Part shown: positions 42,427-50,354 of the stretch, in pieces
How the letters are laid out: every line of letters begins with the position of its first letter
How positions within the stretch are numbered: the stretch's first letter is position 1
Assembly: GCA_963741395.1 (NCBI GenBank)
Contig: CAVUHV010000001.1
Span: 222,826-286,825 of the forward strand
Direction: 5' to 3'
Length of the DNA: 64,000 bases
Source of the DNA: an uncultured Acidobacteriaceae bacterium
GTDB lineage: Bacteria > Acidobacteriota > Terriglobia > Terriglobales > Acidobacteriaceae
Position numbers and translations under genes: made by a program
The notes under the pieces: model-generated
Database searches by the model: none
What the model saw: the letters and a program-made list of their open reading frames with translations, nothing else
What the model was told of the DNA's origin: nothing

Positions 42427-42792
42427 GCAGTTGTGGTGTGGCCGGTTTCGCCGGTCCCGTCACTTGCTGTAATCGCGGCATTTGATTCCGGCGCCAGGGA
42501 GATCCGCGGGCAACCTGTGTTGGCAACTGCATCTCTCTCGCCCTCGGTCCGGCAGTCTCGCTTGCCGGGCAGTGGCACTGTTCCCCTTGGGACGGGAAGG
42601 AGAGCTTTGTCTCTCCTGCCCGCTCTTAGGAGAGCAGCTGACCCGCTACGTTTCGGAGAGCACTCTTCCGGACCGAGGGGCATCGTTTGTGAACACCCGG
42701 ACTGGAGACCTCTGCAAACCAGCAGATATCCGGACTGGCTTATCGGCTGGAGCCCATCAACGACGATGGCGTCCGGCAGAAGCGAGACTGCA
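42427..42792 (+). ncRNA. Candidate structured cis-regulatory leader
   Basis: Helices 42541-52/42668-79 (12 bp), 42552-70/42771-91 (19 bp, 2-nt bulge), 42427-34/42523-30, and hairpins at 42593-622, 42622-635, 42754-769. Confidence 0.45.
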
Positions 42793-43230
42793 TTGCGCCC
42801 CAAGAAAACGATCCTCTGCGTAGATGACAACGAACAAGTCCTCTCAGTCCGAACATTTCTCCTCGAAACCCGCGGTTACCGCGTAATCCCAGCTCTGTCA
42901 GCCCCCCAGGCCCTCGAAGTTGTGGAGCAGTCCATTCCCGGATCGCTGGACCTACTGCTATGCGATCTGCTGATGCCGCAGATGGACGGCAACGAACTCG
43001 TCCGCCGCGCCAAACAGCTTCATCCCTCCCTGCCAGCCATGATTGTTTCCGGCACGGTCACTTCGTTCGACCGCGCCTGCTGCGCCGATGTCTTTCTCCC
43101 CAAAGGAGGCTGCTCGCCTGCCGAGATGATCGAGCGCATTCGTGTGCTTGTTGCTCGCAAGCGCGGGCCCAAGAAGGCTCATCCGCTGCAGCATGCCTCA
43201 CATGTCCTCAGCGCTGCCGCTGCTTCGTAG
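42793..43230 (+). CDS. Single-domain response regulator
   Basis: ILCVDDNE, DLLLCDLLMPQMDG, MIVSG, FLPKG; TTG start at 42793 preferred to 42376. Confidence 0.85.
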   Translation: MRPKKTILCVDDNEQVLSVRTFLLETRGYRVIPALSAPQALEVVEQSIPGSLDLLLCDLLMPQMDGNELVRRAKQLHPSLPAMIVSGTVTSFDRACCADVFLPKGGCSPAEMIERIRVLVARKRGPKKAHPLQHASHVLSAAAAS

Positions 43231-43246
43231 TGAAGAGTCAGCGGCG

Positions 43247-45571
43247 CTACGCCTCGACCAGGCCGTAGCGCCGCTGCCATTGCTGCTTCAGCCGCTGCCA
43301 TACAGCGTCGCGTTCTTCATGTGAGATAGCTGGGTCGGCCTGCCGCGCAAAGGCGGCAGCCTCGGCCTTCGCCAACTCAAGCACGGCACGGTCGCGCACT
43401 AGATTTGCAACGCGGAACTCCGGCATGCCGGCCTGGCGCGTGCCGAAGAACTCTCCAGGACCGCGCTGCGCGAGGTCAAGCTCGGCGAGTTCAAATCCGT
43501 TCTGCGTCGCAACCATTGCGTTCAATCGTGCCTCTGCCTGCTCACTCACCTGGCCTCCGGTCATCAGGACGCAGTAGCTCTTGGCTGCTCCACGCCCTAC
43601 GCGGCCGCGCAACTGGTGCATCTGCGCAAGGCCAAAGCGTTCGGCGTGCTCGATCACCATCACGGAGGTGTTCGGCACATCGACTCCTACTTCGATGACC
43701 GTCGTTGCGATGAGCACGTCGATCTCGCCACGCTGAAACCTCCGCATCACGACCTCCTTTTCATCGGCGCTGAGTCGGCCGTGCAGTAGGCCGAGACGCA
43801 GGCCGGCGAACGTTCCGTGGCGCAGCTCCTCGTACATGTCGGTTGCGGCGCGCATAGCTTTCTTTGGAGAGAACAGCTTCTCAGGAGGAGCAGCTTTGCC
43901 CCTCGTATTCTTCGCTGCGCCCCCGCGTCGCTTCACCGACGTCTCTGCGGTTTGTAGCTCCTCATCCTTCTCGTCTGGAGCGAAGTCCAACTCCGGCTGA
44001 TCCTCTCGCGCACCTTCAATCACTGGATAGACGATGTACGCCTGGTGGCCCGCCTCGACCTGTCGGCGCACGAATCCCCAGACATCTTCTGCACGCTCTT
44101 CTGTCGTTCGGCGCGTAACAATTGGCGAGCGTCCCGGCGGTAGCTCATCGATTACGCTCGCTTCGAGATCGCCGTAGAGCGTGAGCGCGAGTGTCCGCGG
44201 AATCGGTGTCGCGGTCATCACAAGCACGTCTGGCTCGGAGGAGTTGCCATCCGGGCCGGGCTTCTTCATCAGTCGGAACCGTTGCTGCACCCCGAATCTG
44301 TGTTGTTCATCGACAATCACGAGGCCAAGATTATCGAAGTCGACCTTCTCCTCGATGAGTGCGTGCGTGCCGATAGCGAGTTGCGCCTCGCCGCGATAGA
44401 TTCTTCCACGCGCCTCGCGTTTGGTGCCCTCGTCGAGCGAGCCCGTCAACACGGTGATGCGATAAGGCTTGCCCGTGCGAGGGGAGACAACATTGCCAAG
44501 AAGCTTTTTCGCTGACAGGTAATGTTGCGTCGCAAGAATCTCAGTCGGCGCCATCATCGCTACCTGATAGCCGTTCTCAATGGCGACAAGCGCAGCCTGC
44601 ATTGCGACGATCGTTTTGCCCGAGCCAACGTCGCCCTGCAGCAGACGCCGCATCGGCTGCGGCCGGCGCATGTCAGCGACGATCTCGCCGAGCACACGCT
44701 TCTGCGCTCCGGTGGGATGAAAGGGTAGAACCTGCTTGATTGCCTTGCGCACCGTCTCGTTTGTCTGAAACACGGTGCCATGTCGCTCCCGCAGCTTCTT
44801 CCTCTTGAGTTCGAGTCCGAGCTCGAGGTAGAAGAGCTCCTCGAAGATCAGCCTCCTGTGTCCCGGCGTCGTAGCAGACATCAGCTCCGTCATCGGCGTA
44901 CCGGCCTCGGGAAAATGCACGGAGCGCAAAGCTTCGAGCCGGCCTGGCAGGTGCAACCGATCTAGCAGCGCAGCGGGCAGCGTCTCAGGGATACGTCCTT
45001 CGCTTGAGCCGAGTTCTTCAAGCAGTCCCCAGACAACGCGCCGCAGCCAGCGCGAGGTCAGCTTTGCTCCCCACGCCGTTGTTCCACCCAGAAACTCATA
45101 GACTGGCACGATGCGTCCAACCTCAAGCATCACAAACTCGGATTCCGGCGAGTCGGTCGTGGGCAGCAACTCAAACTGCGGCTGAATCATCTTGAACTTG
45201 CCGGCACTTGAGCGCGAAGCCTCGAGCTTGCCGTAGAGGGCGACCATCTGCCCGACTCGGAACTTGTCCTTTAAGTAGCTGCCGTGGAACCAGAGGCACT
45301 TTACGGTATCCAACCCCTGACCCACCGTCATCTCGAAGATCGGCATCGACCGCGTCCGGAGCAGCACTGTGCCTCGCACCTCGCCAATAACGGAGGCCAT
45401 AGCGCCTGCCTTTAGTTGACTGATCGGCATCGGATTCAGGCGATCCTCATACCGGAAGGGAAGATGATAGAGCAGGTCCTCGACAGTCTCCACGCCCCGC
45501 GTTGCCAATGCCGCGGCTATGCGTTCGCCCACGCGCTTTACAAACTTGATTTGAGTGGAGAGTTCGAGCAC
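43247..45571 (-). CDS. recG: ATP-dependent DNA helicase RecG
   Basis: LLQGDVGSGKT, VDEQH, MTATPIPRTL, QMHQLRGRVGRG, RGPGEFFG. Confidence 0.97.
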   Translation of the reverse strand: MLELSTQIKFVKRVGERIAAALATRGVETVEDLLYHLPFRYEDRLNPMPISQLKAGAMASVIGEVRGTVLLRTRSMPIFEMTVGQGLDTVKCLWFHGSYLKDKFRVGQMVALYGKLEASRSSAGKFKMIQPQFELLPTTDSPESEFVMLEVGRIVPVYEFLGGTTAWGAKLTSRWLRRVVWGLLEELGSSEGRIPETLPAALLDRLHLPGRLEALRSVHFPEAGTPMTELMSATTPGHRRLIFEELFYLELGLELKRKKLRERHGTVFQTNETVRKAIKQVLPFHPTGAQKRVLGEIVADMRRPQPMRRLLQGDVGSGKTIVAMQAALVAIENGYQVAMMAPTEILATQHYLSAKKLLGNVVSPRTGKPYRITVLTGSLDEGTKREARGRIYRGEAQLAIGTHALIEEKVDFDNLGLVIVDEQHRFGVQQRFRLMKKPGPDGNSSEPDVLVMTATPIPRTLALTLYGDLEASVIDELPPGRSPIVTRRTTEERAEDVWGFVRRQVEAGHQAYIVYPVIEGAREDQPELDFAPDEKDEELQTAETSVKRRGGAAKNTRGKAAPPEKLFSPKKAMRAATDMYEELRHGTFAGLRLGLLHGRLSADEKEVVMRRFQRGEIDVLIATTVIEVGVDVPNTSVMVIEHAERFGLAQMHQLRGRVGRGAAKSYCVLMTGGQVSEQAEARLNAMVATQNGFELAELDLAQRGPGEFFGTRQAGMPEFRVANLVRDRAVLELAKAEAAAFARQADPAISHEERDAVWQRLKQQWQRRYGLVEA

Positions 45572-45693
45572 AGATTGATGCTAACAACATTGCGTCCCTG
45601 GAAAGTCATCACCGCCTGACAGCAACTCGTTATAATTCGAGCACTTTCCGAAACGTTGAAAACGGAGAGCTGGGCCCCATTCGGAGGTCTTTC

Positions 45694-46088
45694 ATGACAG
45701 TCCTGGAGCGCTGGTTCGAAGAGGTGTGGAACAGGGGCCGCGAAGCCGCGATTGATGAGATGTGCGATCTGAACGTGGTGGGTCACGGTCTCACAGATGC
45801 CGACGGCAATGAAGTCCACAACGTTACTGCATTCAAAGTGTTCTACAGGCAGTTCCGTTCCGCATTTCCCGATATTCACATAAAGGTTGAAGACACCGTC
45901 AGTGAGGGTGACAAGACCGTCGCGCGCTGTCTCGTGACGGGCACACATGACGGACACGGACTGGGCATGGCCCCGACTACAAACCCGTCAGAATCACAGG
46001 GCTGTGCATGGTACGCCTCAAAAACGGCAAAATCATCGAGTCTTGGAACAACTTCGACTTTCTCGCGATGCAACAGCAACTGGCCTGA
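45694..46088 (+). pseudogene. SnoaL-like ester cyclase with one -1 frameshift
   Basis: RWFEEVWN, AFPDIH, TGTH.G; shifting frame at about 45978 restores KPVRITG...NGKIIESWNNFD, stop at 46086. Confidence 0.7.
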
Positions 46089-46211
46089 GTTTGCCCCACT
46101 TAGGAGGAGGCTAAACTCGCCGCAGAACTGGCGCCCACACCGTCCATCTTCGATTTGGCCCATTCCAATGAATCCAGGAATCATTAGGCCATACTGCTAA
46201 ACTAAGCTGGC

Positions 46212-47141
46212 ATGCCCATCGTCGAACTTCAGCAGGTCCACAAAGCCTACGACACAAAAGTCGCGGTTCAGGACCTCTCCTTCAGCATCGAACCCGGAAG
46301 CATGTTCGGCTTGCTCGGCCCCAACGGATCGGGCAAGACATCCTCCATCCGCATGATGATCGGAATCACCGTGCCCGATTCCGGCACGGTGCGGCTCTTC
46401 GACCAGCCATTCGATCGCAAAAATCTCCATCGCGTCGGCTATCTGCCCGAGGAGCGCGGCCTCTACAAGAAGATGAACGTCATCGACCAGCTCGCGTTTC
46501 TCGGCCAGCTCCACGGCCTCGACGCCGCGACCGCCACGAAGCGTGCTCACTCCTGGTGCGAACGTCTCGAGATCACTGAAGCTATCCCCAAGAAGACCGA
46601 AGAGCTATCCAAGGGTATGCAGCAGAAGATCCAGTTCATCTCCGCGCTTCTGCATGACCCCGAGCTCATCATCATGGACGAGCCATTCAGCGGCCTCGAC
46701 CCGGTAAACGCAACCCTCCTGCAGGACACCCTCGTCGACCTCCGCAACCAGGGCCGCACCGTCCTCTTCTCCACCCACCGCATGGACCAGGTCGAGAAGC
46801 TCTGCGATGCAATCTGTCTCATTCACCGTGGTCACCCCGTACTCTCCGGAGCCATGCGCGAGATCAAGTCCCGCTATCCAGCGAACCGCGTGCAGATGGT
46901 CTTCTCCGGCGACGATTCCTTCCTCAACCATCCTTCCATTGAGAGCGTAAAGAACTATCACGGCATCGCCGAGATCAAGCTGCGCGATGGCGACGATGCG
47001 CAGGCTCTGCTCGCCGAAGCCGTTACCAAGGCACGCATCACCCGATTCGAAGTGATGGAGCCGAGTCTCGAAGAAATCTTCATCGAAAAGGTGACGGAAG
47101 AGACGGGCGAACCTGTCACCGGAGAACAAGTCAATGCATAA
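46212..47141 (+). CDS. ABC transporter ATP-binding subunit
   Basis: GPNGSGKT, LSKGMQQ, IMDEP, FSTH. Confidence 0.95.
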   Translation: MPIVELQQVHKAYDTKVAVQDLSFSIEPGSMFGLLGPNGSGKTSSIRMMIGITVPDSGTVRLFDQPFDRKNLHRVGYLPEERGLYKKMNVIDQLAFLGQLHGLDAATATKRAHSWCERLEITEAIPKKTEELSKGMQQKIQFISALLHDPELIIMDEPFSGLDPVNATLLQDTLVDLRNQGRTVLFSTHRMDQVEKLCDAICLIHRGHPVLSGAMREIKSRYPANRVQMVFSGDDSFLNHPSIESVKNYHGIAEIKLRDGDDAQALLAEAVTKARITRFEVMEPSLEEIFIEKVTEETGEPVTGEQVNA

Positions 47142-48372
47142 CGTCTGGCTGATCGCGAAGCGTGAGTATCTGGAGCGTGTCCGCACCAAGGCATTTTTGA
47201 TCTCCACGATCCTCATCCCGCTGCTCATGGGAGGCGGAATCGTCGGCTCGGTCGTCATGGGGAAAAAGGCCAAGTCCACTTCGCACATTACCGTGGTATC
47301 CCCCGACCAGCAGCTTGCCACGGACCTGCAGAACGAACTGCAGAACGGCAAGGATAGCCAGATGACAGTAGACGTCATCTCCCCGGGTAACAGCGAGACC
47401 CGCGAGACTCTCGATGGCATGCTCCGCGACAAACAGATCGACGGCTATCTCTGGATCACGCCGGCGTCCAGTCCGAATGAGCGTCCCACTTTTTCCTATG
47501 TTCCCCAGTCCGCGGCAGACATGGTCAATCGCGACACGATCCGGATCGCGCTCCGTAACGTACTTGTGCGCGAGCGGCTGGCCCACCAGGGCATGGTTGC
47601 CTCCGATGTTGACGCCCTCCTGCAGCCGGTGAAGGTCGATACCACCCAGGCGGGCAAGATCGCCGATACTACCTCGACCCTCGTCGCTGTCTACGTCCTG
47701 TTCATTCTGATGTACATGGTCATCCTGCTCTACGGAATGAACGTAGCGCGCTCGATCATCGAAGAGAAGACCTCTCGAGTCTTTGAAGTGTTGCTCGCCA
47801 CCATCCGTCCTGAGGAGATGATGGCCGGCAAGGTAATCGGCGTCGGCTCCGTCGGCCTTACCCAGGTCGTCGTATGGCTTCTCTGCGGCTCCATCCTGTC
47901 CAGCGCCTCCATTGTCGGAGCTCTCGCCGGCAACAAGATTCACTTCACGCTCAGCCCCATGCAGATCATCTTTTTCGTCGTGTACTTTCTGCTTGGATAT
48001 CTGCTCTATTCGTCGATCGCCGCTGCGCTGGGTGCGATGGTCAACTCCGAACAGGAGCTTCAACAGCTGAATATGCTGCTGGTGATGCCGCTTGCAGGCT
48101 GCTTCTTTGCGATGGTGCCGGTCGTCACCAACCCTGGCGGCACTCTCGCCCGCGTACTGTCGCTCATCCCTTTCTGCACGCCGCTCATCATGTACCTTCG
48201 GATCTCGCTCTCGACGCCGCCAGCATGGGAGATCGCGCTCTCCATCGCATTAATGGTTGCCACCATCTATGCGATCCTCTGGGTCGCAAGCCGTATCTAT
48301 CGCGTGGGCATCCTCATGTACGGCAAGCGGCCCAATCTCCCGGAGATCCTTCGCTGGCTTAAGTACAGTTAA
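47134..48372 (+). CDS. ABC-2 type permease (NatB-like)
   Basis: IAKREY, IIEEKTSRV, multiple TM helices; overlaps the ATPase gene. Confidence 0.92.
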   Translation: MHNVWLIAKREYLERVRTKAFLISTILIPLLMGGGIVGSVVMGKKAKSTSHITVVSPDQQLATDLQNELQNGKDSQMTVDVISPGNSETRETLDGMLRDKQIDGYLWITPASSPNERPTFSYVPQSAADMVNRDTIRIALRNVLVRERLAHQGMVASDVDALLQPVKVDTTQAGKIADTTSTLVAVYVLFILMYMVILLYGMNVARSIIEEKTSRVFEVLLATIRPEEMMAGKVIGVGSVGLTQVVVWLLCGSILSSASIVGALAGNKIHFTLSPMQIIFFVVYFLLGYLLYSSIAAALGAMVNSEQELQQLNMLLVMPLAGCFFAMVPVVTNPGGTLARVLSLIPFCTPLIMYLRISLSTPPAWEIALSIALMVATIYAILWVASRIYRVGILMYGKRPNLPEILRWLKYS

Positions 48373-48431
48373 CCGAATTCTGGTGTGAGTCTTCGCCGTT
48401 TTCCAGCCGGCAGACAAGTAAACTCATCCTC

Positions 48432-49061
48432 GTGCCCAACGCCTTCACTTTCAAACAGCGGCTGCTCCTGGCCATAGTTCCGCCGATCGCCTATATAGCC
48501 ATCTGCCTGCTGGGTATCACGTTGCGCTTCGAGGACATCTGCGAGCCCGGTGCGACCACCGCGTATCACACGCCGCCACCTCTGATCTATGCCATCTGGC
48601 ATCGCTGCATGCTTGCTGCTGCATGGCGCTTCCGGCAGGGGGGCATTCGCATCCTCGTCAGCCATAGTTTCGACGGCGAGCTCATCACGCGCACCGTCAA
48701 GCCTCTCGGCATCATCGCAGTCCGAGGGTCGAGTTCTCGCGATGGTGCCGTCGGCCTGCGCAACCTGCAGCGCGCCTATCTCGATGGCAACTACTGCGTC
48801 ATCACCGCCGACGGCCCCCGAGGTCCCGCCCAGGTGGCCAAACCGGGCATAGCTCAACTGGCACAGCTCGTCAAAGCTCCCGTGGGAGCCGTCTACGTCC
48901 ATCCCCACCGCGCCTGGACCCTTCGCTCTTGGGATCGCTTCCTTATCCCCAAACCCTTCTCCCGCGTCACTGTAGGCTGGGCCGCCCCTGCTCCCGCCGA
49001 GCACGTCGCGATACAGGCCACCCTGGACCGCGCCACGAAGCTCGCCGAGACGGCCGTATAG
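48432..49061 (+). CDS. DUF374 lysophospholipid acyltransferase-family protein
   Basis: WH, LVSHSFDGE, RGSSSR, TADGPRGP, SWDRFLIPKPF. Confidence 0.88.
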   Translation: MPNAFTFKQRLLLAIVPPIAYIAICLLGITLRFEDICEPGATTAYHTPPPLIYAIWHRCMLAAAWRFRQGGIRILVSHSFDGELITRTVKPLGIIAVRGSSSRDGAVGLRNLQRAYLDGNYCVITADGPRGPAQVAKPGIAQLAQLVKAPVGAVYVHPHRAWTLRSWDRFLIPKPFSRVTVGWAAPAPAEHVAIQATLDRATKLAETAV

Positions 49062-49104
49062 GCAAACAGCTTCGCCCATTGCAGGCAGCTAAACTTAGAA
49101 ATCA

Positions 49105-50226
49105 GTGCGGGTCGCCGACTTCCATTTCGATCTTCCTGAAGAACTCATCGCTCAGGCTCCGCCGCCTGTCCGAGGCTCGAGCCGCATGCTCTTCCTCGAT
49201 CGCCGCGCACGCGAGTACCGCGATGAGTTCTTCCGCGATCTTGCGCACCTTCTGCGCCCCGGTGATTTGCTGATCCTCAACGACAGCCGCGTTATCCCTG
49301 CCCGCCTCTTCGCCACACGCGCAAGAGGTCCCCATACACAGCCCGGCTCGCCCGATCCCACAGGTCGCATCGAAGTGCTTCTCACTGAGCACGTCGAAGG
49401 CGACGAGTGGAACGCCCTGGTTCGTCCCAGCCGCAAGGTGCAACCCGGTGAAAGGCTCCATTTCGCCGCACCGGGTGACACCACACCATTGCTTGAAGCG
49501 GAGATCATCGCCGCCGGCGACTTTGGTGAGCGCACGCTGCGTTTTTCGCCCGAGCCCGATCTCCGTGCCATCCTTGAAAAGATCGGCCACATGCCACTGC
49601 CGCCGTACATCCATCGCGACGACCGCCCCGAAGATCGCGACCGCTATCAGACCGTCTATGCCCAGCAGGCTGGAAGCGCGGCTGCCCCCACCGCTGGATT
49701 GCACTTCACCCCGGAGATGCTCGCCGAATTAAGGCAGCGGGGCGTGCAGATCGAGACAATCACTCTTCACGTCGGCCTCGGCACCTTTCAGCCCGTCCGC
49801 GTCGAGAACGTCGAAGACATCCACCTCCACGCCGAGCACTACACGTTGCCCGCTGCCACTGCCGAAGCCATCAACCTGGCCCTTCGCGAAAAGCGCCGCA
49901 TCATCGCCGCCGGCACAACCACCACCCGTACGCTCGAGCACTGCGCGCATCTCGCCAGCGCCGGGGGTTCCACAATAGACCCCTTCGAACCGCACGCTGG
50001 GCTTCGCCTGCATCCTCACTCCGGCCAGACGAGCATCTTCATCAGCCCTGGCTACCAGTTCCGCGTCGTCAGCGGCCTCCTCACCAACTTCCACCTTCCG
50101 GAATCCACGCTGCTGATGCTGGTCAGCGCATTCGCAGGCCGAGAGTTCGTGCTCGCCGCCTACGCCCATGCCGTCCGCGAGCGCTACCGCTTCTTCTCCT
50201 ACGGCGACTGCATGCTCATCCTCTGA
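49105..50226 (+). CDS. queA: SAM:tRNA ribosyltransferase-isomerase
   Basis: [48 protein letters not shown]. Confidence 0.97.
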   Translation: MRVADFHFDLPEELIAQAPPPVRGSSRMLFLDRRAREYRDEFFRDLAHLLRPGDLLILNDSRVIPARLFATRARGPHTQPGSPDPTGRIEVLLTEHVEGDEWNALVRPSRKVQPGERLHFAAPGDTTPLLEAEIIAAGDFGERTLRFSPEPDLRAILEKIGHMPLPPYIHRDDRPEDRDRYQTVYAQQAGSAAAPTAGLHFTPEMLAELRQRGVQIETITLHVGLGTFQPVRVENVEDIHLHAEHYTLPAATAEAINLALREKRRIIAAGTTTTRTLEHCAHLASAGGSTIDPFEPHAGLRLHPHSGQTSIFISPGYQFRVVSGLLTNFHLPESTLLMLVSAFAGREFVLAAYAHAVRERYRFFSYGDCMLIL

Positions 50227-50239
50227 GCTGCCACAAATA

Positions 50240-50295
50240 GGGTGCCCCATCGTCGCGACGGTCGGGTGCCCCACATCTCGATTTTGAGATGTGGG
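50240..50295. repeat. REP-like element
   Basis: GGGTGCCCCA twice (50240, 50264); perfect hairpin CCCACATCTC-GATTTT-GAGATGTGGG. Confidence 0.6.
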
Positions 50296-50354
50296 TTTTG
50301 CAGGATGCTCGGACAACCACAATCCTCCCCTCAACGCGCTACCATCAAATATCC

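Noticed and set aside
42570-42715. Cobalamin riboswitch (GGCACTG...GGGAAG, GGAGACC)
   Set aside because: The upstream AGGGAA-GGTG and CCCGC-ACTGT core is not present in the right order, and the downstream gene is unrelated to B12; cmscan would settle it
43850-44010. Charged low-complexity insertion in RecG (and Pro/Ala-rich inserts in PolA)
   Set aside because: No splicing or intein motifs; most likely lineage-specific loops
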